Of a stretch of 64,000 bases of DNA, positions 55,067 through 64,000 are shown piece by piece. Location: contig CACYYO010000002.1 of NCBI GenBank assembly GCA_902778645.1, forward strand, positions 1,511 to 65,510, given 5' to 3'. Position 1 is the first letter of the stretch. Each line of letters begins with the position of its first letter. The DNA comes from an uncultured Rhodospirillales bacterium. GTDB lineage: Bacteria; Pseudomonadota; Alphaproteobacteria; RF32; CAG-239. The position numbers and the translations under genes are program-made. The notes beneath the pieces were generated by a model. That model saw nothing but the letters and a program-made list of their open reading frames with translations, was not told the origin of the DNA and searched no databases.

Positions 55067-56170
55067 ATGATTAGAAAATATTTTATATGCTCTACGTTTA
55101 TTTTAGCTTTTATAACATTTATAAGACCGGTACACGCGGATATTGCACTAAACGATTCTAGTATATCCCTTGCAAAGGGTGAAGTCATCGCAAAAAAAGT
55201 TGAAAAAAATCACGCTTACATAAAATTAGCCGGAGCTAGATGGATTCTCGATGAGGAAGAAGATCAAGATGCCCTGGTTTTTGAGAAAGATAATCTTTTT
55301 CCTGAAATCACAGCTAATTGTAAAAGTGTAAAAAATGGTATGGGCAAAAAGTTTTCTTATATTCAAAAATGTAGCGCATGCCAGGAGGGATATGAACTCA
55401 ACGCCGATGGCATATGTGCGGAAAAAAAGTGTGAGGGATATAACAGCCCGACGGAAGAAATAGAAGGATGTGAAGTTGTTGAACCTTGCCAAAAGGGAAA
55501 GAATTTTGTGTACAAATGTGAGACATGTCTTACAGGATACAAGATAACAGATAAATACCTGTGTCAGGTAGATGATTGTGAGAATTACCCTCTTGATGCA
55601 AGGGAAGATGTAAATAATTGTAAAGAAGCCCCTATTTCCTGCAATAAAGGACAACATGTTTACTATGGTTGTCCGGAGGATAAATGTGATGCTGGATTTA
55701 AGTGGAAAAAAGGTTTTTGCGATACTATCACATGTGGTGCCGATTTTTCTTTAGACAGTTGCCCTAAGAATGGCAATTGCGAACTTTGTCAAAGTGGACG
55801 CTATTATAAGAAGTATAAGCTTAATTCTTGCTCTTCGGGATATATGGTAAAAGATAACAGTTGCGTTAAAACATCTGGAGCATTAGCATTTACAATGGCA
55901 ACAAAACAGAATACCCAAGAGGTTGTCCTATCGGTACAAGGTGAATGCACCATTGATTGGGGAGACGGAATTGTTGAAAATCATAACACGGGTGAAAACA
56001 TAGGTAATGACGTATCTCATGTTTACAAAACACCAGGCAATTACAATGTGCGTATTACCGGTGAACCGACCGGTGTATCCATAAAATCAGGACGAGAATA
56101 TATAACAGATGTCTCAGATACTTCTCTTTCAACCATAAATAAATATGATGATATTTTTTCAAATGATTAG
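55067..56170 (+). CDS. Secreted cysteine-rich repeat protein (EGF/furin-like CxxC...GY repeats)
   Basis: Signal peptide MIRKYFICSTFILAFITFIRPVHA, followed by at least six Cys-rich repeats (C.AC.EGYELNADGIC, CETCLTGYKITDKYLC, CELCQSGRYY...). Confidence 0.55.
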   Translation: MIRKYFICSTFILAFITFIRPVHADIALNDSSISLAKGEVIAKKVEKNHAYIKLAGARWILDEEEDQDALVFEKDNLFPEITANCKSVKNGMGKKFSYIQKCSACQEGYELNADGICAEKKCEGYNSPTEEIEGCEVVEPCQKGKNFVYKCETCLTGYKITDKYLCQVDDCENYPLDAREDVNNCKEAPISCNKGQHVYYGCPEDKCDAGFKWKKGFCDTITCGADFSLDSCPKNGNCELCQSGRYYKKYKLNSCSSGYMVKDNSCVKTSGALAFTMATKQNTQEVVLSVQGECTIDWGDGIVENHNTGENIGNDVSHVYKTPGNYNVRITGEPTGVSIKSGREYITDVSDTSLSTINKYDDIFSND

Positions 56171-56180
56171 GTAATTAGAA

Positions 56181-56212
56181 AGGAACAGCCTCTCAAAAGA
56201 GAGGCTGTTCCT
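56181..56212. terminator. Perfect 14-bp-stem hairpin (ggaacagcctctc aaaa gagaggctgttcc). Probable terminator for the Cys-rich gene.
   Basis: Perfect inverted repeat seen directly. A weak T-tract follows on the plus strand. Confidence 0.5.
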
Positions 56213-56557
56213 TATTGGCGCTTTAATGAAGAAATTTTTGCGCTTTCCACGCGAACACTTTTCTGTGACTGTCCGCAAGAGCGCTTCACACCTTGTTGTG
56301 AGTAACGAGGGAAAATATTCTCTCTTTGCAAAGTTTGCCTACATGTACCCTTAAGGTCTCTGCCTTTGGGTAAAGGCTCAGAGGCTGTTTCCTGAGAAAC
56401 AACAATAATTGGTAGCTTTTCGATGTGGGCGCAAACAGCATCAACCACAAATCGAACACCTGCGATAAAACGACCTTCGTTCATAATGATAATATTTTTT
56501 AATTTAACAATAATGGATAAGTGCACTGAGGATAATCTAAAGATCAAGAAGAGTCCA

Positions 56558-56590
56558 GCAAAAAAAGCACGACTGTTAAACGGTCGTGCT
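56558..56590 (-). terminator. Rho-independent terminator downstream of dnaK
   Basis: On the minus strand: agcacgaccgtttaacagtcgtgct followed by ttttttt. Confidence 0.5.
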
Positions 56591-56618
56591 TTTAAAGGAC
56601 AAACAATTTGTGTGCTGA

Positions 56619-58529
56619 TTATTTGACTTCTTCAAAATCAGCATCAACAACTTTTTCATCGCCATTGCCGGCAGATTGATTTTCTGCACCCTGAGCGCTG
56701 GCACCGGCAGCTCCGGCCTCCGGAGCAGCTTGCTTATACATAGCCTCACCGAGTTTGAGAGAAGCTTGCATCAAAGCCTCTGTCTTTTCTTTAATAGCGT
56801 TGGCATCATCACCTTCAGCAGCCTTCTTCAAAGCTTCTATGGCAGACTCAATCGCAGATTTTTCAGCAGCGCTGACTTTATCGCCATGCTCTTTCAACGT
56901 TTTTTCGGTGGCATGAACTAAGCCTTCTGCCTGATTCTTTGCCTCAACCAATTCTTTCTTTTGCTTATCAGCCTGAGCATTAGCCTCAGCGTCTTTAACC
57001 ATTTTTTCGATATCAGCATCGCTTAAGCCGCCGCTGGCCTGAATACGAATAGCTTGCTCCTTGTTGGTCGCTTTATCTTTAGCAGAAACATTAACAATAC
57101 CATTCGCATCAATATCAAACGTGACTTCAATTTGCGGCATACCGCGTGGTGCCGGCGGAATACCGACCAAATCGAATTGACCGAGCAGTTTATTGTCTTG
57201 AGCCATTTCACGCTCACCTTGGAAAACACGAATAGTAACGGCAGTCTGCCCATCTTCTGCCGTTGAGAAGACTTGGGATTTACGGGTTGGAATGGTGGTA
57301 TTACGATCAATCAAACGAGTGAATACACCGCCTAATGTTTCAATACCCAAAGATAACGGCGTAACATCAAGCAACAACACGTCTTTGACATCACCCATCA
57401 AAACGCCACCCTGAATAGCCGCACCGACAGCCACAACTTCATCAGGGTTAACACCTTTGTGAGGCTCTTTACCGAAGATTTCTTTAACTTTTTCTTGAAC
57501 CTTCGGCATACGTGTCATACCACCGACCAAAATAACTTCGCTGATTTCACTGGCTTTAATACCGGCATCAGCTAATGCCTTGCGGCATGGCTCAACCGTA
57601 CGTTCAATCAAATCTTCAACCAAAGATTCCAATTTAGCACGCGTTAATTTGATATTTAAGTGTTTCGGACCGGTTGCGTCAGCCGTAATAAACGGTAAAT
57701 TAATATCGGTTTGGGTAACGGATGATAATTCAATCTTAGCTTTTTCTGCCGCTTCTTTCAAACGTTGCAAAGCCAAACGATCATTTTTCAAGTCGATACC
57801 GGATTCCTTCTTGAATTCATCAGTCAAATAAGTAACCAAGCGTTGGTCAAAGTCTTCACCGCCGAGGAACGTATCACCGTTCGTGGATTTAACTTCAAAC
57901 ACGCCGTCACCGATTTCCAAAATAGAAATATCGAAAGTACCACCACCAAGGTCATAAACCGCGATTGTCCCGTTAGCTTTCTTGTCCATACCATAGGCCA
58001 AGGCAGCAGCCGTCGGCTCATTGATAATACGCAAAACGTCCAAACCGGCAATTTTACCGGCATCTTTTGTCGCCTGACGCTGAGAGTCATTAAAATATGC
58101 CGGAACGGTAATAACGGCTTTTTCGACCTTTTCACCGAGATAGCTTTCAGCATACTCTTTAATCTTTTGCAAAACGATAGCAGAAATTTGTGACGGAGCA
58201 TATTTATCGCCCTTAACTTCGACCCACGCATCGCCGTTATCGCCATTGATAATTTTGAACGGAACTAAAGCCTTATCTTTAGCGACTTCCGGAGAATCAA
58301 AACGACGCCCGATTAAACGCTTAATGGCAAACAAGGTATTCTCAGGGTTTGTTACAGCTTGGCGCTTTGCCGGAAAACCGACCAAGCGTTCATCATCTGT
58401 AAAAGCAACCATAGACGGGGTTGTTCTGGCGCCTTCGCTGTTTTCCAAAACTTTCGGATCTTTGCCTTCCATAATGGCAAAGCAAGAGTTTGTGGTACCT
58501 AAGTCAATACCGATAACTTTATTACTCAT
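56619..58529 (-). CDS. dnaK: molecular chaperone DnaK (Hsp70)
   Basis: [16 protein letters not shown]..., DLGGGTFD and other Hsp70 signatures. 636 aa. Confidence 0.97.
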   Translation of the reverse strand: MSNKVIGIDLGTTNSCFAIMEGKDPKVLENSEGARTTPSMVAFTDDERLVGFPAKRQAVTNPENTLFAIKRLIGRRFDSPEVAKDKALVPFKIINGDNGDAWVEVKGDKYAPSQISAIVLQKIKEYAESYLGEKVEKAVITVPAYFNDSQRQATKDAGKIAGLDVLRIINEPTAAALAYGMDKKANGTIAVYDLGGGTFDISILEIGDGVFEVKSTNGDTFLGGEDFDQRLVTYLTDEFKKESGIDLKNDRLALQRLKEAAEKAKIELSSVTQTDINLPFITADATGPKHLNIKLTRAKLESLVEDLIERTVEPCRKALADAGIKASEISEVILVGGMTRMPKVQEKVKEIFGKEPHKGVNPDEVVAVGAAIQGGVLMGDVKDVLLLDVTPLSLGIETLGGVFTRLIDRNTTIPTRKSQVFSTAEDGQTAVTIRVFQGEREMAQDNKLLGQFDLVGIPPAPRGMPQIEVTFDIDANGIVNVSAKDKATNKEQAIRIQASGGLSDADIEKMVKDAEANAQADKQKKELVEAKNQAEGLVHATEKTLKEHGDKVSAAEKSAIESAIEALKKAAEGDDANAIKEKTEALMQASLKLGEAMYKQAAPEAGAAGASAQGAENQSAGNGDEKVVDADFEEVK

Positions 58530-58574
58530 AATTTTTGTCCTTTAGTAATTAATACAAATCAATTTCTACAAACT

Positions 58575-58603
58575 ATATAGGGAGCCGAAAGAGCGAGTGC
58601 AAG
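58575..58603 (-). promoter_or_regulatory. Sigma32 (RpoH)-like heat-shock promoter candidate for dnaK
   Basis: Minus-strand reading CTTGCA-ctcgctctttcgg-CTCCCTATAT, compared with the consensus CTTGAA-N13-15-CCCCATNT. About 45 nt upstream of the dnaK ATG. Confidence 0.35.
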
Positions 58604-58953
58604 TTTTAAAAGCAAAAAAAATGAAATATTTTTCATTATTTGACATTTGTAGAAAAATAAAAATGAAAGCATCTTTTGACTATTTAGAACTCTCAAAAAT
58701 AAGATAATGAACGGAATCAGCAAACTGATAGATTATAAAATTATGAAACTTATTAACATAAATATATATGTAATTTATTGAATTTTCAAAGTAAATATAT
58801 AAAGAAGAATTGTTTTTATAACAAATATTGATATTTATAACAAAATATGATAATAATATATATGCGCGTTTATAACATTTTATAAAAAAAGAATAAATTG
58901 CGCATCGTATTAAATTTTTTGAAAGGAATTAATTAAAATAAGGAGAAACGAAA

Positions 58954-59067
58954 ATGTCAGGAGAAACGTTTGACATCTTAAACAGTATTTTTAGTGGTCA
59001 AAAGCCATTAAGAAGAACTAATCCGAAAGTAGGAGAAGTATTATTATGTTGTACCGGGGCAAAATGA
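58954..59067 (+). other. 37-codon upstream ORF with a strong SD (aaggagaaacgaaaATG), ending 10 nt before and out of frame with the SAA-like ORF
   Basis: MSGETFDILNSIFSGQKPLRRTNPKVGEVLLCCTGAK*. The downstream ORF frame is open from GQNDWTSLNDVKTV..., so a +1 shift near ccggggcaaaatg would fuse them. Confidence 0.3.
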
Positions 59068-59077
59068 TTGGACTTCA

Positions 59078-59716
59078 TTGAATGATGTTAAAACAGTCGA
59101 TGTTCCATCAGCTGATACACCAAACCCGTATTTGCAACCGCAAAATACTGTTTTCGGTCAACCAACGCAATTTGCACAGAATAATATGCAAGCGAATGAT
59201 ATGTATAATGATTATCCAAATTTAAGAGATGATAAAAGGGATTTTTTCAAATCTGCAGTTGAAAGCGTCGTAAAAGCGATCCCTTCGTCTTTTGAACGCA
59301 ATAATCCTTTAACGCAATCATTAGGGGCGGCAAGAGACTTGGGTGAAAACTATATAAATATGGTCAATGCCAATCTTAAAAGTTCTAAGGATATGTCTAC
59401 CCAAGGAACAACCTCGGATAATTATTACCATTGCTTAGGTAATTATAATGCAGCTAGTCGGGGAGATTATGGAGCTAAAACAGCGGAAATTATTGGTAAT
59501 ACACGAGAAATAGCTGATTGGGGAATAAATTGGCTTTTTAAGGATAAACCAATTTCACAAGCAAATGCTGATTTCAAAAATGATAGAGCCGTTAACTTAG
59601 ATGGTCGGAATATGGCTCAAAGCGGGCAATATAACTCAGCATGGGATGCTTGTGAAAAATATCGCCCTAAACAATACGATCCTAACGAGCGCTTGTATTA
59701 TTACCATAAATATTAA
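59078..59716 (+). CDS. Serum amyloid A (SAA)-like domain protein
   Basis: NYYHCLGNYNAASRGDYGAKTAEIIGNTREIADW parallels the vertebrate SAA core [33 protein letters not shown]. The tail ...YRPKQYDPNERLYYYHKY parallels SAA ...HFRPAGLPEKY. Confidence 0.55.
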   Translation: MNDVKTVDVPSADTPNPYLQPQNTVFGQPTQFAQNNMQANDMYNDYPNLRDDKRDFFKSAVESVVKAIPSSFERNNPLTQSLGAARDLGENYINMVNANLKSSKDMSTQGTTSDNYYHCLGNYNAASRGDYGAKTAEIIGNTREIADWGINWLFKDKPISQANADFKNDRAVNLDGRNMAQSGQYNSAWDACEKYRPKQYDPNERLYYYHKY

Positions 59717-59789
59717 AATTAGACTTGAATTAATAAGAAATTATTTTTAAACTCTATCAAATAGAAGAGTGTTAATATAGGAAATCACG

Positions 59790-60551
59790 ATGGAAGATAA
59801 TTCATATATTTATTTTCTTTTAGGATTAATGTTCTGTTTCAGTCAAATATATCTTTATTTTCGACGAGAAATATTAAAAAGCATAAAAACAAACATAAAA
59901 TATTATGATAGTATATGTTGTTTTCTTTTGGGATTATTTGCTCTCAACATATTAACACTCTTTTCTGTCTTTTACAATATTATAACATTTATTATCTTTT
60001 TTAGCTGGTTAGATTGGGTTCTGTACAAAAACGATCCTCAACATCAGCTATGGTGGCATCAGTTGACAAAAGGTAATTATTTTTATTTAAGCGTCATTAT
60101 TTTTACTTTTATAGGGCTTTTTCTTCAACATAAGTTTTACCTTTTTTCAAGTACATTAATTTGCACAATGATTCTATTATTTGGTTTTTTCTGGAAAAGA
60201 ATAAAACAACAGAAAAAAATAGGGTTATTTATAGATAGTCGGAACGTTGGGAGCAAAATAATCAATTGGATAGGAAATTTTATTCATAATATATTTTATT
60301 ATACTTATCAAACAGGCGTTATTTTCTTTTTTTTATTTTTACTTTTCAGAATCATTCTTTTACCCGTCATTGACCCGCTAGATGTCGATAGCTGCCTAGA
60401 CGGCTATTTCTGCAAAGAAGGCAATAGTTTTGATGATTGTGGTGACGGGAAGCCTTGTGTCATAACAAAAGAATACTGTCTTGAACATAATTATAAATGG
60501 ATAGAGCAACTTCGTAGTTGCGATATGAGTGGGGAAGTTCACAAACTCTAA
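59790..60551 (+). CDS. Polytopic membrane protein (about 6 TM helices) with a Cys-rich C-terminal tail. Very AT-rich.
   Basis: Hydrophobic helices throughout. C-terminus DSCLDGYFCKEGNSFDDCGDGKPCVITKEYCLEHNYKW. Confidence 0.5.
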   Translation: MEDNSYIYFLLGLMFCFSQIYLYFRREILKSIKTNIKYYDSICCFLLGLFALNILTLFSVFYNIITFIIFFSWLDWVLYKNDPQHQLWWHQLTKGNYFYLSVIIFTFIGLFLQHKFYLFSSTLICTMILLFGFFWKRIKQQKKIGLFIDSRNVGSKIINWIGNFIHNIFYYTYQTGVIFFFLFLLFRIILLPVIDPLDVDSCLDGYFCKEGNSFDDCGDGKPCVITKEYCLEHNYKWIEQLRSCDMSGEVHKL

Positions 60552-60598
60552 TAGCATTAAACATTCAAAAACCGGAGAAAGCTTTTTATCCTTGAATA

Positions 60599-60634
60599 AC
60601 AAAAAAAACGCTCCGAACTAATCTGTCCGGAGCG
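60599..60634 (-). terminator. Rho-independent terminator downstream of rpsA
   Basis: On the minus strand: cgctccggacagattagttcggagcg followed by tttttttt. Confidence 0.55.
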
Positions 60635-60658
60635 CCGTTAACGATAAAACAGCTAAAC

Positions 60659-62344
60659 TTAAGCTTTTTTCTTCAAAGCTTTGCCCAAGGCATCGCCTAA
60701 AGCTGAGTTAGAAGAGTCAGTATTAGAATATTCTTCTAAAGCTTTCTTTTCTTCATCAATCTCGCGAGCCTTAACAGACAAGCCGATTTTAACATTCTTC
60801 TTATCTACGGAAGTAACTTTAGCTTCCAAAACATCGCCTTCTTTATAGTTGTCGAGGTTTTGGTTAGCTTTATCCTTAGACAAGTCGGCTTTCTTAATAT
60901 TAGCCGTCAAACCATTGACATCAACAACGACACCTTTGTCTTCAACAGCCGTAATGGTTGCTTTAACAATGTCGCCTTTTTTGATGTTTTCTAAAGCGCC
61001 GGTAACAGCTTCTTCGCTTAATTGCTTAATGCCGAGACTGATACGCTCTTTTTCAACATCAACGTCGATGATTTTGGCTTGAATATCTTGACCTTTGGTG
61101 TAGTCCTTAACGGCTTCTTCACCGGCCTTATCCCAAGAGATATCAGACAGGTGAATCATACCGTCGATTTCGTCGCTCAAACCAACAAACAAACCGAACT
61201 CGGTAATGTTTTTGATTTTACCTTCAATAACAGATCCGACCGGATGCTCTTCAATATAAGCAGCCCAAGGATTCGGTGTGCATTGTTTGATACCCAAAGA
61301 GATACGACGTTTTTCCGGATCAACTTCCAAAACCTTAACTTCAACTTCTTGAGAAGTAGAAACGATTTTGCCCGGATGAACATTTTTACGTGTCCAGCTC
61401 ATTTCAGAGACGTGAACCAGACCTTCAATACCGTCTTCTAATTCAACGAATGCGCCGTAATCGGTAATGTTGGTAACTTTACCTTTGCAAACATCGCCGA
61501 CAGCGAACTTATTAGCAACTTCTTGCCATGGGTCACTTTCGAGTTGTTTCATACCCAAGCTGATACGTTGATTATCTTCATTGAACTTGATAACCTGAAC
61601 TTTAACGGTCTGACCGACAGACAAAACTTCTGCAGGGTGATTAATACGTTTCCAAGAAATATCGGTAACGTGTAACAAACCGTCAACGCCGCCCAAATCA
61701 ATGAATGCGCCGTAATCGGTAATGTTTTTAACAACACCCTCGAGAACAGAACCTTCTTTGATATCGCCGATCAATTCAGCGCGAGCTTCAGCGCGTGTTT
61801 CTTCCAAGACAACACGGCGAGAAACAACGATATTGCCTCTGACCTTGTCCATTTTCAAAATTTGGAACGGCTGAGAAATACCCATTAAAGGAGTAATGTC
61901 TCTGATAGGACGAATGTCGATTTGAGAGCCGGGCAGGAAAGCGATTGCCCCATTCAAATCAACCGTAAAGCCGCCTTTAACGCGACCAAAAATAACACCG
62001 TTAACGCGTTCGCCGGAGTTCAGGCATTTCTCTAAGTCTTGCCATACTTCTTCACGGCGTGCTTTTTCACGAGACAGAACAATCAAACCGTCTTTGTCTT
62101 CATATCTGTCAACATAAACTTCAATCTTGTCGCCAACATTGAGTTCAGGGTTTTGACCGAATTCACGAAGCGGAATACGACCTTCAGATTTCAACCCGAC
62201 ATCAACCATAGCGAAATCAGGTGTTAAACGAATAACAGTTCCTTTAACAACAGAACCGGTTAAAGAATTATCCCCGAACTGTTCGTTCAAAAGTTCGGCA
62301 AAGTTTTCGGTTGTTTCAGGAATTTTAAATTCAGCGTTTGTCAT
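60659..62344 (-). CDS. rpsA: 30S ribosomal protein S1
   Basis: Six S1 RNA-binding repeats. The true start is MTNAEFKIPETTENFAELL at 62342-62344. Confidence 0.95.
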   Translation of the reverse strand: MTNAEFKIPETTENFAELLNEQFGDNSLTGSVVKGTVIRLTPDFAMVDVGLKSEGRIPLREFGQNPELNVGDKIEVYVDRYEDKDGLIVLSREKARREEVWQDLEKCLNSGERVNGVIFGRVKGGFTVDLNGAIAFLPGSQIDIRPIRDITPLMGISQPFQILKMDKVRGNIVVSRRVVLEETRAEARAELIGDIKEGSVLEGVVKNITDYGAFIDLGGVDGLLHVTDISWKRINHPAEVLSVGQTVKVQVIKFNEDNQRISLGMKQLESDPWQEVANKFAVGDVCKGKVTNITDYGAFVELEDGIEGLVHVSEMSWTRKNVHPGKIVSTSQEVEVKVLEVDPEKRRISLGIKQCTPNPWAAYIEEHPVGSVIEGKIKNITEFGLFVGLSDEIDGMIHLSDISWDKAGEEAVKDYTKGQDIQAKIIDVDVEKERISLGIKQLSEEAVTGALENIKKGDIVKATITAVEDKGVVVDVNGLTANIKKADLSKDKANQNLDNYKEGDVLEAKVTSVDKKNVKIGLSVKAREIDEEKKALEEYSNTDSSNSALGDALGKALKKKA

Positions 62345-62676
62345 AAATAAATATATTTCAAAAAATGCCAACCCGAGCTTATTGAATCAACACAATAAAA
62401 GCCCCTTTGCGGGCGGACTTGCACGAGGTTAATGTCTGATATAGCGTGCCCTATCCTCACCAGACCAGCTGTTTATACCACTATCTTTTTATTTTTCAAG
62501 CATTTTCTTTCAAAAATCGTGATTTTTATCAGCTTTTTCTAAATTTGTAGACAAAGAAAGAAATATATGGTAAATTAAAATTAAAATTCGCCTTGTAAAA
62601 TTAAGAGACAATGGAACTTGTGAGGGAATCTGGAGCAAATCTTAAAAAACTCAGAATGGCTGATTAAGAGGAATGT

Positions 62677-64000
62677 ATGATGTTAAGCGAGGATTATAAT
62701 AAAAAGTTTAAGAAAGATCCGACTTATCAAGTTGCCGAAGCTTTACATCTGCGTTTGACATCTTATGAGGTAACGGATAAATCTTCTTTGGAAAATGCGT
62801 TAATCAACCTTAAAGAGGCTATTCAAAATCACCAGAAAAAGGAGAAAAACAGAGAGGTTGATCGCCAAATTTTAACAAGTAGACCTGAACTTCTTGAAAA
62901 ATATAATGCCATTGATGATGATAGGTTAAAGCCGGAAGATATTGCTCTAGCAAAAGCAAAAATGAAAGAATTGCGTTCGGAAAAGAGTACTTTTAAGGAA
63001 TCAATTGCTAATCCTATTATTATGAGCTTAGCTTCAGTTATGGGACTTGTTGCCAACAAACCGAATGGAGCAAAAGTTGATGCACCTTTTTTAGCATACA
63101 CAGCATCAAATTTATTATCAGAAAGTTCTCAGGAGTTATTAGGCATTGAGGCGGAGAAGCGCGCTTTTCGTGTTCAGACGAATATTTTAAAAAAACTGCA
63201 TCGTGAATTTGACCAATTTCCGATTGCTGAACGTTTGAAACGTACAAATGATGCCGATAAAATGCTTTATGATGTCCAAGCAATACAATTAAGTATGTCA
63301 AAAAATTATATTGCAAGAATCAATCGTTTTATGAGTGGTCTTTCTTCAGCAGCGTTTATCTGTGTTACAGCAGCTAGCGGCGGTACCGCCGCAATTCCAG
63401 TAATAGCTGGAGTTATAGCAACATCAGCTGTCGGTTCATATTTAATTAATAAAAAAGCAAATCCCAAGAAAGTTTCTGCAGAAAATGAAATCAGAGCGGC
63501 AGCTTCAGAACTTTCAGCTATCAATCGACAAATGTACGTTGCAAGCTATCAATTGGAAGTTTCGGATAAAAATAAAAAATCCGACAAAATGCTTGAAGAA
63601 AAAAAACATGATGTAAATAACAAATTTCAAAATTATTCAAAAGTATCCCGAAAATATGCTCTTACTTCATTAGCCTGCAAAACTGCTATTATTGGTGGAG
63701 CTGTGGCCGCAACTTCTATTTTGAGCCCGAGCGCACTGTTGGTAACAACAGGAGCAGCATTAGGCATTTATTCTTCCGTTGAGAGATTTGTAAAAAGTTG
63801 CTATGATGTCAAAAAAAGTGTCGGTAATTTTGCAAACGCTTATAAGAGTTTTAAGTCTAAGCTAAAAATCAGATTTGGAAAAGAAAAAATTAAAAGTAAC
63901 GCAAATACCATTGAATTGGATCACATTGTTGTTAATAAACGCGATGAAAAAGATTCATTGAAAGCATCCGAGGAGGTTTTGTTTTCAAGCAATGATAAAT
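62677..64000 (+). CDS. Hypothetical membrane protein. The C-terminus lies beyond the window.
   Basis: SD gagg then ATG at 62677: MMLSEDYNKKFKKDPTYQVAEALHL... Hydrophobic segments (..AAFICVTAASGGTAAIPVIAGVIATSAVGSYL.., ..AIIGGAVAATSILSPSALLVTTGAALGIY..). The ORF is open to the window end. Confidence 0.5.
   Translation, partial: MMLSEDYNKKFKKDPTYQVAEALHLRLTSYEVTDKSSLENALINLKEAIQNHQKKEKNREVDRQILTSRPELLEKYNAIDDDRLKPEDIALAKAKMKELRSEKSTFKESIANPIIMSLASVMGLVANKPNGAKVDAPFLAYTASNLLSESSQELLGIEAEKRAFRVQTNILKKLHREFDQFPIAERLKRTNDADKMLYDVQAIQLSMSKNYIARINRFMSGLSSAAFICVTAASGGTAAIPVIAGVIATSAVGSYLINKKANPKKVSAENEIRAAASELSAINRQMYVASYQLEVSDKNKKSDKMLEEKKHDVNNKFQNYSKVSRKYALTSLACKTAIIGGAVAATSILSPSALLVTTGAALGIYSSVERFVKSCYDVKKSVGNFANAYKSFKSKLKIRFGKEKIKSNANTIELDHIVVNKRDEKDSLKASEEVLFSSNDK

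Noticed and set aside
56212-56547. 111-aa minus-strand ORF between the Cys-rich gene terminator and the dnaK terminator
   Set aside because: No RBS or start context and no recognisable features. It spans two terminator hairpins and is more likely non-coding intergenic sequence.
62372-62676. Possible small RNA or terminator (gcccctttgcgggc hairpin at about 62400) in the rpsA upstream region
   Set aside because: On the minus strand the hairpin plus T-tract has no upstream gene to terminate. On the plus strand it lacks a T-tract. I could not match it to any known ncRNA family (6S, tmRNA, RNase P) by eye. It might be an rpsA leader structure, but that is unsupported.
1-64000. Looked for transposases, integrases, phage structural genes, rRNA operons and toxin-antitoxin pairs
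   Set aside because: None recognised. The only mobile-looking components are the short palindromic element families and the small GIY-YIG nuclease.

Overview
This 64-kb window is chromosomal DNA from a low-GC bacterium, roughly 40% GC by eye. Gene content suggests an alphaproteobacterium, probably an obligate intracellular Rickettsiales- or Holosporales-like lineage, though that placement is an inference. The window opens in the origin-proximal dnaA-dnaN region, preceded by rpsT, with a 92-bp tandem repeat in the dnaA leader. It then carries a backbone of conserved housekeeping genes: fpg, tsaB, mutT, yraN, rsmI, lpoA-like, ffs, dnaX, ybaB, recR, dnaJ, a tRNA-Arg(CCT), yejAB, accA, rmuC, ihfB, lapA-like, accD, a thymidine phosphorylase, dnaK and rpsA. 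Interleaved with this backbone are accessory, surface- or host-interaction-like loci bordered by at least three families of short palindromic repeat elements. The main accessory loci are:
- A tandem cluster of three VirB2/TrbC-like type IV secretion pilin paralogs. One is embedded in a roughly 1100-aa coiled-coil protein whose reading frame continues through two in-frame stop codons into a Cys-rich C-terminal module. Next to them are a porin gene and a degenerate OmpR-like regulator.
- A roughly 1080-aa protein with a type IV prepilin-like (class III) N-terminus, sitting in a repeat-bounded islet.
- A GIY-YIG nuclease plus palindromic elements inserted into the normally contiguous ybaB-recR pair.
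- A 1307-aa effector-like protein with proline-rich tandem repeats.
- An AT-rich islet encoding a serum-amyloid-A-like protein.
- Several other secreted, Cys-rich, TPR or foreign-looking ORFs.
No CRISPR array, rRNA, transposase or integrase was seen. Coordinates that I placed by counting are accurate to about 1-2 nt.
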